IMG/VR virus record: IMGVR_UViG_3300010885_011343
Span: 1-64,000 of that record
Strand: one strand, 5' to 3'
Length of the DNA: 64,000 nt
DNA from: a virus
Within the stretch, counting starts at the first letter, position 1. Each line of letters opens with the position of its first letter. Positions 51,601 to 58,937 of this stretch are shown here, piece after piece. Below the pieces are notes generated by a model. The model was not told the DNA's origin. It saw only the letters and a program-made list of their open reading frames with translations, and searched no databases. Made by a program: the position numbers and the translations under genes.

Positions 51601-51636
51601 ACAGCTGAGTTTATTAAGGGATTTTCCTACTTTTAA
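39661..51636 (+). CDS. Giant baseplate wedge / structural protein (gp7-position) with FG-GAP-like and CBM-like modules
   Basis: 3991 aa. FLP.VFQT start, FG.S...VGAP repeats, EVKPYRTK and two W...GD.V.Y modules; follows gp6. Confidence 0.65.
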   Translation: MATRRTLDFLPTVFQTDTNKKFLQATLDQLVSEPNFDRIDGYVGRQFAPTYKANDSYISEANKDRQNYQLEPSVLIKGSSGEATFYSNYSDLANKISYYGGVTNDHRRLFSNEYYTYTGLFDLDKFVNFSQYYWLPNGPSPIAISSKPVSSQATFTFTRDEANNSYTVAGQSSGNPELVVARGGFYKFVLNQPNSRFYIQTEPGVSGVKRLALNTSTRDIYGITANGVETGTIEFTVPLNNVQDRWLKIPLVENVDYATDALYQDLVGTPVDEFKIDGSNIGLNGKNVIFLNPADTHKGVYRIRFVNNTITFDKIRDIDPDSRVYVRSGLTYSNNEYYKTENNQWEAIPSLTAQLDVLYYQDATNPNMFGKIKILETPAEPLNIDELVIGKTQYTTQDGIQFTNGLVVKFDDSVLPAKYQNKTYIVEGVGSSITLVDFSLLVFPEPNAQVNTVPWDAVPYSSGTLDEPFRGPAIPDYFTSNRASIDLNAWARHNRWFHSDVIELSAKANGSTPLFDQAVRAQRPIIEAEPNVQLFQFGRVGKRPVNHIDVTTTDAFNQVQHSKSLLVNGVRLKEFDRILFANDKDPLVRSQIYTVRYQLQNEPSYRSVYDGTGRGSITRRIDGRNDYVEVIGSGTDFTSELDAGSTLYDAEGNYLGTVTQVMSSTSLGLIDTPNTFTGVSVFQYRNPKIQLTLGEADDAVDKFDCVVAIDGESKGKTYWYNGDTWQLAQQKSETNQILKFDAFDNTDTSFGSYNGTNFTGTNIFSYKTGSGKIDAVLGQALAYENTTNNTADLVFDNNFDNDTFTYVDGTQLLTKSINSGYIRQNVNGTEFVKRNVWAKVVEDTKQYQIFSKTYTGKTNHIEIDVLPESELEVPTTKVFVNNKLLESSQYSFQKVGKRNTVKVVASKLAVDDKIDVLIYSKSASKLGYYQVPANLEYNSQNKSFSKLTLGQIRNHLTATGQNTDKVSGLVPGPSNLRDLNIARQGGNILQHSAPTIYASLFLIDKQANYVNGIEYARREYTKFKNKFIELASTLPGLDLDNAGASVDIILSNINAIKNPSFSWHYSDMVPYGDCRILTYKIKDTNSYQFKIDSIFNDKQIQNRAVLVYLNNQQLIKDIDYTFDQTRPAVILNERFYLTNEDVIEIRDYKNTDGCYIPETPTKLGLHPKFKPTVYLDDTYREAVEVIQGHDGSLTPVFGDYRDSFLLELELRIYNNIKIDCKVHPTRYSPGQFRTIDYTPLEWNKVLNSNFLKWVGQNKLDFIANDWFDPNDPFTYNYRYSKDSLSNQNLNGYWRGIYRYFYDTDRPHIAPWEMLGFSEQPTWWENIYGPAPYTKYNTQLWSDLENGVVASGTLAGIDSAYIRPGLSKIIPVDENGGLLHPLAIGISTEFNSVQASSGYQIGDGAPIEAAWQRTSEYPYALQRSLALTRPAWYFGTLFDVNGYAKDAALDQYTVANTSRRVAPKDIVINGETVNNQITRASGYINWITDYMTSLGLDARSKLRNNLDNLTVELSYRVGGFTDKNYITVLAEQYSPTSTNASVVVPNESYSLILNKNVPKERVAYSAVIIEKTSTGFAVSGYNLNYPYFTVVPSDTAGESYAITQDGQAAMIYKEYRKQKLVIPYGHEFTTKQQVVDFLVSHQRYLLSQGFIFDEFDDTLAKTKDWVLSAYEFLGWTIQGWKPGSILILSPVSTKIKLITADGVVDEITNESNGTKILDPNFSVIRPVNFTSVREPDLFTLDTISGQTIAFLELDIVQYEHVLRFDNSTVFNDIIYQPESGSRQFRLKIVGSKTANWTGALNPPGFIYNNPTVPEWRPGKDYLKGDIVTYKSQYYTAAQKISAQTTFVQSYWKQIEKTQIKTGLLSNFANNAGKFVDVYDPDSSLLDHQMARMSAGLIGFRQRAYLDDFYLDTTTQSKFYQGFIKQKGTKQAIDAMLGAQFGDLQNNIQLHEEWGVRVGEYGALSSNQTVEIVLKESEIKNNPTGITIEETPVEALINVTDKQLWSRPLDTKPIRFLNRVSNDRQENDLQTAGYVNINDVDATLFSSGNYQLLTPTTKNVGSGYIVWVAKDHNKEWNVYRATETDASVLSIEYSLDQAGKVTTKNPHKLEANQTVVIRNLNNDYDGFYIIKSVLDRRSFTIGLTEEKSKALKQNPVTGAGILFVLDSVRFTYPGLVNDYTPPHGWKDGDMVWVDNADGMNRWAVYEKDSRWHYIEPEAITLGSYKPGGNYGTNVRIDDNNRFVIVSSPGAAQAAGRLHVFDYYYGQKERAVLSGGIEDTETLGTSLDIAQNIIVAGAPDSRVQTGLVMIYAFSEDLYFEPVQVLTSPGTGENPVATEQNLLGTQVGARYGFSLAQSRDSNILYVGSPGTNEVFIYAYHSEIETRFDRFSLAQAATGCTLPYELNDERSIAVYLHGIKPTAGQSNIGHKLLILGEDYSVVDNTVVFMSPLVTEDYDSFVLEDNEEIYFGSEDSTGSRGYIVIRRRGYYEYAGKIAGNTNSKFGYSVATGNTGAYVVIGAPDQTIDNIPYAGQASIYATRIKWIESNGVMRPDAEYALVEKLTAETPTYKANFGYSVEMGVTDSVVFVGAPGFATAAYDGGTVYRYINYGKEFGTIVGSVIDPVVAAGDLMVINEIDVLFTGGDLTKIIKDINNKKIIGVQASATADRRLVISSILQASNNKLNIIPTGNIVVKLGIKIFETTQKIKRPSTTEGDNFGSLVRVDNSGKTLTISSRTGTIYDYATYDNEQTTYDGNITRFVEIVKGSGAVYMYNLFDNPNDAPDPYGNYVFGEEFNAPGVALGDRFGIGVDFNNSQLWIGAAFNDTKGQNAGQVYKYTNESGNPSWYKKRAKSKNVDVSGINGISLYKKTTGEFITSLDYIDPVKGKNLGIAEQDISYKTSRDPAVYNNGSKDIDFYWSTQQVGETWWNLDRLRYIDYEQEELSYRLNNWGRLFTGSKVEVYQWIESGYLPSEYVANGQPGTPLAEDNSSYTMTTYVDVDTGIIKTRYYYWVRGISTVPVNSSRKLSALALENVLLNPLAQNLPYAAILDDHSIGIFNCVGYLNSNDTILRIDYDKELNNNLIHSEYELIQENNPDSDLPDRIYNKLVDSISGRDKERQRVPDVKLRPSQQVGLELRPRQTIVLNRYAALKNLVEYCNRVFAEKTIAYKLQNSKPFVNNYFFQKDPLPSNAHYDYLVENLTERDYVKTDEGIRVCVKHDSNFLGLWTIYEYTDGAYKVIKNQTFDTTMVWDYVNWYAIDFDSNTKITYTVDYAKDLEKLYLKAGDIVKITNGSNGYEIYRYTSSDTSDLVAVENGTVALSSKLWDIEANDVGFDSNGLDSVEFDLDYSTEIRNVINGLRETIFVDDLIDHRNKVLFSLINYIYSEQKQVDWIFKTSFVSVTHQIKQLDQYPNFSKDNQTYYEDYIKEVKPYRTKLRDYRLKYTGTDTATLNVTDFDIPGHWDSELGRFRSPSGEIPEKDSKLWLKPEYQDWANNFTYGIETITMSSTGIGYNQPPVITIVSNGDKGAGAVAEAVLDSTTGAIIKINVVKSGQGYKNTPLIVISGDGAGAVAVATLANNKIRSIKTTLKFDRTSYTTSVREWVPFAMFGIGDLVAYKGVGYKAISNVPSLDKFDPKYFVTVKDTELVNANDRIAVKYQPTSYQIQRDVKIDGSIDLTRLIPGTVYDAHKIDSTIAVKSDTDFDVILAENSNEIQLGFDTNISGGAFYDEEKSYAPEELVPGVMYDHLAMTVITDITVDSQTSQVAYRISKDINNNVDYEAVAGIASTTLAQDLAWDDTKIYVTSLDGLSVPNPSKGKPCYVYVNGEKISYYQIDQQENYLHQIRRGIGGTGTPLVHQADSKLYNASSDLRIPNVIEDKKDNYKFNSSDARYTPSFTVLNNQDFVTRALTLFISENQLTYGKDYIITLTPKPNTTQATANVVFTDSAKQRYVEGLIIRAVYTEHTIWLNPGINSVTDGTGLDGSTTDTAEFIKGFSYF

Positions 51637-51654
51637 GACGTGATAAATAATACT

Positions 51655-52317
51655 ATGAACCAAGATCTTGACAAGAACGAGCCAAAATTAGAAGAAGAGC
51701 ACAAGCCCGATGACCAGGCTGGTATTCATATTCGTGGACATATCAAAATCTTTGATCCAGAATCTGGCGAAGTTTTTATAGACAAGTCTAATGCTATTCA
51801 TTACGAAAATATGAGCGAGGCTATTGCTAATAGCCTGGGAAATTTGGGTAACCAGTTTATATACGAAATGCATTTTGGTAACGGTGGAACCACTGTTGAT
51901 CCTACTGGTGTTATTAATTACTTGCCACCTAACGTAAAGACGCAGAACAGCGATTTATACAGTCCTACATATTTTAAGAACGTTGACGGAAATAGTGTGG
52001 ATAACACAGACAAAACTAGAAATCGTATGCAGGTTCGTCACGTACCCGGAACTGTGTACAGCGATATCTTAGTAAGCTGTTTATTGGATTATGGCGAGCC
52101 AGCTGGGCAAGAAGTATTTGATAACAGCCAGAATTTAGATGGTAATTTTATTTTTGATGAGCTAGGACTAAAAGGTTACACCGCAGAAGGTGCAGGCCTT
52201 GGAAAATTGTTAACTCACGTTGTTTTCCACCCAGTGCAAAAAAGTTTAAATCGTATCATTCAAGTTGACTATACCGTTAGAATTCAAACAATAACTAATT
52301 TAAGTAATACAGCGTAA
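51655..52317 (+). CDS. Baseplate / tail-collar structural protein
   Basis: NAIHYENMS, FGNGG, FDELGL and HPVQKSLNR motifs; ATG 51655 preferred (TAAATA at 51644-51649). Confidence 0.6.
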   Translation: MNQDLDKNEPKLEEEHKPDDQAGIHIRGHIKIFDPESGEVFIDKSNAIHYENMSEAIANSLGNLGNQFIYEMHFGNGGTTVDPTGVINYLPPNVKTQNSDLYSPTYFKNVDGNSVDNTDKTRNRMQVRHVPGTVYSDILVSCLLDYGEPAGQEVFDNSQNLDGNFIFDELGLKGYTAEGAGLGKLLTHVVFHPVQKSLNRIIQVDYTVRIQTITNLSNTA

Positions 52318-52318
52318 T

Positions 52319-53344
52319 ATGTCACAGCCCTATGTAATACGTCGTACCAATGGTAATAACTATATTATCATACAAGAAGGTACAGTTGATACTTCAACCG
52401 CAGTTAATCTAGTAGGTCGGGGCGTTCCTGGCTATGGTGGAATGATTGCGGAGAACTTTGTACGCTTAATAGAAAATTTTGCCAACGACTATCCACCACA
52501 AAACCCACTTGACGGGCAGCTTTGGTATGATACTGTTGCTAAACGATTAAAATTTTGGTCAGAAGAAACCTGGACTAATTTTGCCGACGTTGGGCCAGTG
52601 GGCTCACAGGGTGCGACTGGTCCAACCGGTCCGTTGGGTGCAACCGGTCCAACCGGTGATGCTGGACCCCGGGGCGCAACTGGTTTAACAGGCCCGCAGG
52701 GTGCAGATAGTACAGTACAAGGTCCAGATGGATCTACAGGGCCAATTGGCCCAGTGGGATACACAGGTAGCGTTGGCAATAGTGGCCCAATTGGACCAAT
52801 TGGCTACACAGGCAGCAAAGGTGCCCAGGGCATTGGAATAGCTGGCGGAATTGGCGCAACCGGGCCGCAGGGTTCTACAGGCGTACAAGGACCACAAGGC
52901 GCCCAAGGTGATAAAGGTGACACTGGAGATACTGGCGCCACTGGCGCGAGAGGACCCGGTGCACAGGGCAATTTGTCAATCATTGATCATACAATCAACG
53001 GTTCAGTAAATAATCAAAACATTATTATCAACCCGCTAGGCACAGGAGTACTTACAGTTAACCAACGTATTATTCCAGGTGCAAATGTCAGTTACGGGAT
53101 TGGTGATAGTTCTAGGTACTGGACTAGCATTTATTGTACTGCTATACGTTTTGCCGACGGTAGCTTTTCAACAAGTAACAAATCAATTCAAGGAACAACA
53201 GCACCTAATTCGAGCAGAGGATCTCCGGGAGATTCAGCTGGTTTGATAGCGTTTACAACTAGTTATGTGTATTATTGCACAGGTCCGTATGACGGATTTA
53301 CTAATATTTGGAGACGTGTGGCGTGGGACAATTCGACTTGGTAA
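52319..53344 (+). CDS. Collagen-like tail fibre protein
   Basis: About 40 Gly-X-Y triplets with short interruptions; N-terminal anchor (LVGR...YG...ENF...GQLWYD) shared with the next gene. Confidence 0.8.
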   Translation: MSQPYVIRRTNGNNYIIIQEGTVDTSTAVNLVGRGVPGYGGMIAENFVRLIENFANDYPPQNPLDGQLWYDTVAKRLKFWSEETWTNFADVGPVGSQGATGPTGPLGATGPTGDAGPRGATGLTGPQGADSTVQGPDGSTGPIGPVGYTGSVGNSGPIGPIGYTGSKGAQGIGIAGGIGATGPQGSTGVQGPQGAQGDKGDTGDTGATGARGPGAQGNLSIIDHTINGSVNNQNIIINPLGTGVLTVNQRIIPGANVSYGIGDSSRYWTSIYCTAIRFADGSFSTSNKSIQGTTAPNSSRGSPGDSAGLIAFTTSYVYYCTGPYDGFTNIWRRVAWDNSTW

Positions 53345-53381
53345 ATATACAAATAAATAATTAATTGCGGAGCAATACAGA

Positions 53382-54656
53382 ATGGCTTATAATATAACAC
53401 TATCCGACGGTTCACCGTTGGTAACTGTGGCAGATGGCACAGTTGACGTAAACTTTACTAGTTTAAACCTAGTAGGTAAAAACTTTGCTGGATACGGCGC
53501 ATTGTTCAATGAAAACTTTGTGTATCTATTAGAGAACTTTGCCAACAACTCAGAACCTACCAACCCAGTTGTCGGACAATTGTGGTATGATACAAGTAAG
53601 AGAGTAATGAAAGTTTACACTACAAATAATACTTGGAAAGTTATTAGCTCTGCACAAGCTAGTCCTACACAACCGCCAAACCCAGTGCTAGGTGACCAGT
53701 GGTGGGATACTACCAACGAACAGTTAAAAATTTGGAATAACACTGAGTGGAAACTAATAGGACCACTATGGTCGTTGGCGCAAGGATTAACTGGTGCGAT
53801 CCCCGACACTATTATGGACTCGGACGGCAACAGTCGTGTTGTATTAAAGTTCTATGTTAAGAACGTTGTTACAGCTATATGGAGCCAAGAGTACGACTTT
53901 GATGTAGATCCTAGTGCTAATGTCCCTGGATTTACAGACGAAGACGATAATATGGTTCTCAAGACCGGTCTTACATTGGCCAACTTAGATCCATTGGCTA
54001 ACATTATTCACGGTACCGCTGAAAATGCGTTACTGTTAGATGGAATACCTGCAACTAGCTTTATTCGTAATGACATCACTGACGAACAACAAATCAGTGG
54101 ACCAATTAATTTCCAACCCGATACCGACGAGCAAATTGCTATTAAATTAGCTGGGCACGTTGTCATCGATGATACTAACAGTGAACTATTTGATGTTGGT
54201 AGCCCCGATGGTAAACTACGTACAATCTATGCACAAAGTTTTGATGGTGTTGCTAGCTCAGCACGTTACGCCGACTTGGCAGAACGCTTTGAAGCAGACG
54301 TGGCCTACGAACCGGGTACAGTTGTTGAATTGGGCGGTGCTAAAGAAGTTACACAAGTTGGCGAAGAACTAAGCGACAATGTATTTGGCGTTATCAGTAC
54401 CAAGGCTGCTTACTTAATGAACAGTGCTGCCGGCAATGATCAAACACATCCACCAATTGCTGTCAGCGGGCGTGTTCCAGTTAAAGTAAAAGGTAAAGTT
54501 ACAAAAGGCGACCGTTTAGTCAGTGCTGGTAAAGGCATTGCTCGAGCCGCGACCAAAGAAGAAATTACACCTTGGAATGTTATTGGTCGTGCTCTGGCAC
54601 ACAAGACAGATGACGGACTAGGTACAGTAGAAGCAATCGTTAAACTAAGCTCTTAA
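53382..54656 (+). CDS. Tail fibre protein with C-terminal intramolecular chaperone (peptidase G2-like) domain
   Basis: ENF...GQLWYD anchor; YADLAERF...GRVPVKV.G.V.KGDRLV...IGRAL terminus. Confidence 0.7.
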   Translation: MAYNITLSDGSPLVTVADGTVDVNFTSLNLVGKNFAGYGALFNENFVYLLENFANNSEPTNPVVGQLWYDTSKRVMKVYTTNNTWKVISSAQASPTQPPNPVLGDQWWDTTNEQLKIWNNTEWKLIGPLWSLAQGLTGAIPDTIMDSDGNSRVVLKFYVKNVVTAIWSQEYDFDVDPSANVPGFTDEDDNMVLKTGLTLANLDPLANIIHGTAENALLLDGIPATSFIRNDITDEQQISGPINFQPDTDEQIAIKLAGHVVIDDTNSELFDVGSPDGKLRTIYAQSFDGVASSARYADLAERFEADVAYEPGTVVELGGAKEVTQVGEELSDNVFGVISTKAAYLMNSAAGNDQTHPPIAVSGRVPVKVKGKVTKGDRLVSAGKGIARAATKEEITPWNVIGRALAHKTDDGLGTVEAIVKLSS

Positions 54657-54657
54657 T

Positions 54658-55722
54658 ATGGCACAACTAGCACCAAATTACGTTTCGGGCAATGTTATAC
54701 AGCACGAGGACTATGATCTTTTAGTCTCTGGCAGTACTACAGGCGCAGTAAACATTCAGAACCCTAGCATTGGGACAGTCTGGGGAACTGGATATGGCCG
54801 TTATGGATTTGGGCAAGATGATTTATATCTCGAACCTGTGCAAAAGGGCGACCTAGTCAGAGCACAGCATTGGGACAACATAGATGCCGCATTGAGCGCA
54901 GTAATCAAACACCAAGGCAATAACTACAACGGGCTACCTGGCGAGACGATCCAAGCCGGTAGAAGAATTTCACCTATCCCGGCGTTTGATGCTTTAATCA
55001 AACAAGCATTTGGTGATGCCGGCAAGATTTATGCTACCAGCGACACACCACCTTATAATACATCTTATACAGGGCTATGGGGTGACACTGGCCGCCGTGA
55101 TTTAAAGTTTATTCAAACATTATCGTTTGCCAATGCAGACAAGGCACGTTACTTTTTTAATGCTGGCGGAAAAATTAAATTAAGTTTTTCTCGCACAGGC
55201 GGCGCCAACAAAGCACGTAACAGCGATTGGTCAGGGCTGTGTGCGGCAGCAGGAACTGTTGAAATTGGATATCGCAATACCAGAAAAGTTCCTGGATCAG
55301 ACGGCGGATATGGCGGCTACAGCTATGGCGGCTACGATAACAATAATTACACTGCACTAGATCAAAACAACGGCGGATTCTGGGCCAATAGCCCAAACCT
55401 AATCAAGACGCATTTTAGACAAAATAGCAGTGGTTATGGACAATATTCCAACGCTGGCAATAATGGCTATACCGGAGACACCGCAGATTTTATCAAGGTT
55501 GAGCTTCGTGTTTACGGTAATACCGGAAACAATGGCGGTCTGGGTCTTGTAGTAGAAGTAACAACCACATTCGAAAATGGTGCAACAGCAACACCAAATA
55601 GCCAGGACACTATATCCGGAACGGCCAACACAGGCCTAGTACTGTCGTACCCAGGCGAAGACTATCTGGAATCCAATACCTGGGGAACCCCATCTTTTAA
55701 TGGAGTGGTGTCCGCAGTCTGA
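54658..55722 (+). CDS. Tail-associated structural protein
   Basis: 354 aa. GYGRYGFGQ and ARYFFNAGGKI motifs with Gly/Tyr/Asn-rich loops. Confidence 0.55.
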   Translation: MAQLAPNYVSGNVIQHEDYDLLVSGSTTGAVNIQNPSIGTVWGTGYGRYGFGQDDLYLEPVQKGDLVRAQHWDNIDAALSAVIKHQGNNYNGLPGETIQAGRRISPIPAFDALIKQAFGDAGKIYATSDTPPYNTSYTGLWGDTGRRDLKFIQTLSFANADKARYFFNAGGKIKLSFSRTGGANKARNSDWSGLCAAAGTVEIGYRNTRKVPGSDGGYGGYSYGGYDNNNYTALDQNNGGFWANSPNLIKTHFRQNSSGYGQYSNAGNNGYTGDTADFIKVELRVYGNTGNNGGLGLVVEVTTTFENGATATPNSQDTISGTANTGLVLSYPGEDYLESNTWGTPSFNGVVSAV

Positions 55723-55750
55723 TTAAATACTTAATCTAAGTATTTTAATC
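55721..55750 (+). promoter_or_regulatory. Late promoter box embedded in an inverted repeat, upstream of the glycosyltransferase cluster
   Basis: GATTAAATACTTA-ATC-TAAGTATTTTAATC; TAAATA at 55724-55729. Confidence 0.5.
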
Positions 55751-55754
55751 AACT

Positions 55755-56078
55755 ATGACCCCAGATGATCTCAAATCCCTTGCGGACTTTAATTTTGAAC
55801 GCTCAATACATTTAAAAAATATACGCGAGTCTGCACACGCTAAATTAAATGTAACTTACAACGGTGGAACGTTTACAGCCACTGTTGACCTAATAGGATT
55901 TTTAAATGTATGGCCCGATGAAACTGTAATCATCAAAGACATTTACCTCAATCCTATAGAAGTAAAACGCACAGAACTTTTATCGCTGATTATCCCTGCC
56001 TACAAAAATAGTATGCAATGGTGGCTTGGCGAGTTTGACTCTGGCAATCGTACTAGCTGGCTTGGTCCCGATGTCTAA
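55755..56078 (+). CDS. Hypothetical protein (possible fibre assembly factor)
   Basis: 107 aa (YNGGTF...IIKDIYLNPIEV), first gene after the fibre genes. Confidence 0.55.
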   Translation: MTPDDLKSLADFNFERSIHLKNIRESAHAKLNVTYNGGTFTATVDLIGFLNVWPDETVIIKDIYLNPIEVKRTELLSLIIPAYKNSMQWWLGEFDSGNRTSWLGPDV

Positions 56079-56904
56079 GGGTGTATTAATATTTGCCTAT
56101 AATTCTAATTTAGACTATGTTGCTCTTGCCACAGTAGCCGCTAAGTTAGTTAAAAAGCATTTGGGCCTGCCGGTGACATTGGTCACTGATACAGACAATG
56201 TTGACTATTCTGTATTTGATCAAGTTATACGCAAAGACCTTGATGGCAAAATTTTTGAACGTGTTTTTAATTTTGGCGGCCCCGGAAAAAAGATGCCCTG
56301 GCACAATCAAAATAGAAGCAGCGCATATGATCTAAGTCCGTATGATCAGACATTGTTGATTGATGCAGACTACTTAATTTTTTCCAACGACCTGAAAAAA
56401 CTATTTGACACAAAATTAGAATTTGCCTGTTATAATAGTGTACAAGAAATATCCGGATGGGACGGATTGCAAAACGGTGCCCGAGTGGGCGTTCCTGGCA
56501 TATCTATGCAATGGGCCACAGTGGTATATTTTACTAAGGGTCATTTGGCACAAGGCGTGTTTAGTTATATGTCGATGATCAAAGAAAATTACAAATACTA
56601 TGCTGCCGCGTTTAATTTTAAAACAGAATTGTTTCGTAATGACTACACTATTAGCATAGCATTACAGACATTAACAGGCTATAGCGACAGTAACTTTACT
56701 GCTATACCTGGGCAATTAATTTCTGCAAATACCACTGTTCAATTAGCCGAAGCTAACCCCAATGGACAGTTAGTGTTCACCTGGAGTAGTTCAGACGGGT
56801 CAAAGAACGTCACTGGTATTAAAAACACCAGCGTTCATATTATGAATAAAGAGATATTAACAAATCCAGAAATATTAGATCAACTTACGGAGCTGTCTAA
56901 ATGA
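56071..56904 (+). CDS. GT-A fold glycosyltransferase-like protein
   Basis: LSPYDQTLLIDADY (DxD), WATVVYF, RND and HIMNK; start revised to ATG 56071. Confidence 0.65.
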   Translation: MSKGVLIFAYNSNLDYVALATVAAKLVKKHLGLPVTLVTDTDNVDYSVFDQVIRKDLDGKIFERVFNFGGPGKKMPWHNQNRSSAYDLSPYDQTLLIDADYLIFSNDLKKLFDTKLEFACYNSVQEISGWDGLQNGARVGVPGISMQWATVVYFTKGHLAQGVFSYMSMIKENYKYYAAAFNFKTELFRNDYTISIALQTLTGYSDSNFTAIPGQLISANTTVQLAEANPNGQLVFTWSSSDGSKNVTGIKNTSVHIMNKEILTNPEILDQLTELSK

Positions 56905-57737
56905 GCCGCGGCTATCTAACGTTTGCACAAAATAATAGTCAAACAGATTATTTAAATCTAGCCTATGTGCAAGCACTGAGTATCAAGGCTACTCAAACTA
57001 TAAATTCTTGTGCAGTGGTAGTGGATAAACACACAATGGAATTAGTCACTGACAAACACCGAGATGTGTTTGATTACATTATCCTTTTGCCAGGAATAGA
57101 CAACTCATCTGATGATTTTTGGAAATTAAAAAACGAGTGGAAAGCCTATGTCGCTAGCCCTTATCTTGAAACAGTAAAAATTGAAGCTGATATGCTGTTC
57201 ACTGCCAATATAGATCATTGGTGGGATATAATGAGTCAGAAAGATATTTGCTTTACCACCGATGTTGTAAACTTCCGTGGAGAAGTTTCAAATAGTAGAT
57301 TGTACAGAAAATTATTTGATTTAAATAACTTGCTTAACGTGTATAATGGATTTTTTTACTTTAAAAAAAGTTTGCTGGCAGAACAGTTTTTTAATTACGC
57401 AAAAGATATCTATGAGAATTGGGACTCTGTCAGGAAAGAAATATTAGTAGAAGCAGACACTGAGCAAGTGACAACAGATGTAGTTTTTGCTATAGCTTGT
57501 AAATTAATTGGCGAAGAAAAATGCTATTTGCCAAATTGGAACGTTCCTAGATTTGCACATATGAAAGGCGCAATTAATGGATTCCACTCCACTGAGGATT
57601 GGAGAACAAAATTAATTTACCAATTTGATCAAAGTACGCTGACTGTTGGGTTTACTAGACAGGCTGTGCCGTTCCACTATCACTACAAAGATTTCATAAC
57701 AAAAGAATTAGTAAGTCATTATGAGACCCTCGCTTAA
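56901..57737 (+). CDS. GT-A fold glycosyltransferase-like protein, paralogue of the upstream gene
   Basis: ASPYLETVKIEADM (ExD), TTDVVFA and FAHMK; ATGA coupling. Confidence 0.65.
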   Translation: MSRGYLTFAQNNSQTDYLNLAYVQALSIKATQTINSCAVVVDKHTMELVTDKHRDVFDYIILLPGIDNSSDDFWKLKNEWKAYVASPYLETVKIEADMLFTANIDHWWDIMSQKDICFTTDVVNFRGEVSNSRLYRKLFDLNNLLNVYNGFFYFKKSLLAEQFFNYAKDIYENWDSVRKEILVEADTEQVTTDVVFAIACKLIGEEKCYLPNWNVPRFAHMKGAINGFHSTEDWRTKLIYQFDQSTLTVGFTRQAVPFHYHYKDFITKELVSHYETLA

Positions 57738-58047
57738 AAGAAAACCTCTTGCTGAGATAATTTATAGAGTATACTATAATACAGATACCGGCGACTGTAC
57801 GGAAAAGTCAATTAACCTGCTGTTGGGCAAAGACTTTATTTGTGTAGAAAAAGAAATATACGAATCAATTGAGTTTTGTAGTTATTTTAAAGTTGTTGAT
57901 GGCAAGTTACGTAGGAAATCTAAGGAAAGTGCCAAACTCAATTTGAAATTAACAGACAGCGGGCAGTTTACTACAATAAAAAACAATATGCTATTTGTCG
58001 TAAATAATGACTATAAAGGATTAGTGGAGAATTGGGAGTATCAATGA
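57721..58047 (+). CDS. Hypothetical protein
   Basis: 108 aa overlapping both neighbours in the operon. Confidence 0.5.
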   Translation: MRPSLKRKPLAEIIYRVYYNTDTGDCTEKSINLLLGKDFICVEKEIYESIEFCSYFKVVDGKLRRKSKESAKLNLKLTDSGQFTTIKNNMLFVVNNDYKGLVENWEYQ

Positions 58048-58937
58048 ACATTGCAGATTTAGATTGCATATACTTAACCTACGACGAACCTCAAAAAGAA
58101 GAATTCTGGGTTAAAATTAAAGATATAGCGCCTTGGGCAAAACGTGTAGACGGAGTCAAGGGCAGTGACGCCGCACACAAAGCGGCCGCCGCAGCCAGTA
58201 GTACAGACCGTTTTATCTTAATTGACGGAGATAACATACCTAACGGCGAGTTCTTCGGTGAACAGTTAAATCTTAACGATGGTAATAAAGATTGCGTGTT
58301 CCGATGGAGAGCACGTAACGAAATAAATGGGTTAGTATATGGTAACGGTGGTATCAGTTGTTGGACTCGCGACTATATAAACAATATGCGTACTCACGAA
58401 AACACCGACGGAAGAAACGAAACTGTAGTAGAATTTTGTTTTGACCCTAAGTACCTGCCAATGCATAACTGTTATTCAACTACATATCCTAACGGAACAC
58501 CATTCCAGGCCTGGCGAGCAGGATTTAGAGAAGGTGTTAAAATGGCACTGGACAGAGGCCGTCGAACCTCTATGACAGAATTTTTAAATATGCGAAGATA
58601 TCAAAATATTGAATATCTATCAATTTGGCACAATGTTGGCGCAGACGTTGAAAACGGATGGTGGGCTATGTACGGCGCCAGGCTAGGAACATACTTGACA
58701 CTGCTCGACGAAAATTGGAATTACACAGAAGTACAAGATTTCAATGCATTGAGATACATTTTTAAAAAAGTAGATTCAATTCCAGACACAACAAGGCAAA
58801 AGCATTATGCCAGGATATCCAATGATCTTAGAGAAAAACTTCAATTGCCAATTATGGAAATGGATGCAGAACAAAGTGCATTTTTTAAAAAGTTTTACAC
58901 AAGGCTTCACCAAAATAAAGGTATAATGGACAGATGA
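58044..58937 (+). CDS. Glycosyltransferase-like protein (GT-A)
   Basis: FILIDGDN (DxD), NGLVYGNGG and AWRAGFREGVKM; start revised to ATG 58044 (RBS GGAG, ATGA coupling). Confidence 0.6.
   Translation: MNIADLDCIYLTYDEPQKEEFWVKIKDIAPWAKRVDGVKGSDAAHKAAAAASSTDRFILIDGDNIPNGEFFGEQLNLNDGNKDCVFRWRARNEINGLVYGNGGISCWTRDYINNMRTHENTDGRNETVVEFCFDPKYLPMHNCYSTTYPNGTPFQAWRAGFREGVKMALDRGRRTSMTEFLNMRRYQNIEYLSIWHNVGADVENGWWAMYGARLGTYLTLLDENWNYTEVQDFNALRYIFKKVDSIPDTTRQKHYARISNDLREKLQLPIMEMDAEQSAFFKKFYTRLHQNKGIMDR

Noticed and set aside
52319-55722. Diversity-generating retroelement or invertible fibre cassette
   Set aside because: No reverse transcriptase, invertase, or template/variable repeat pair seen in this window.
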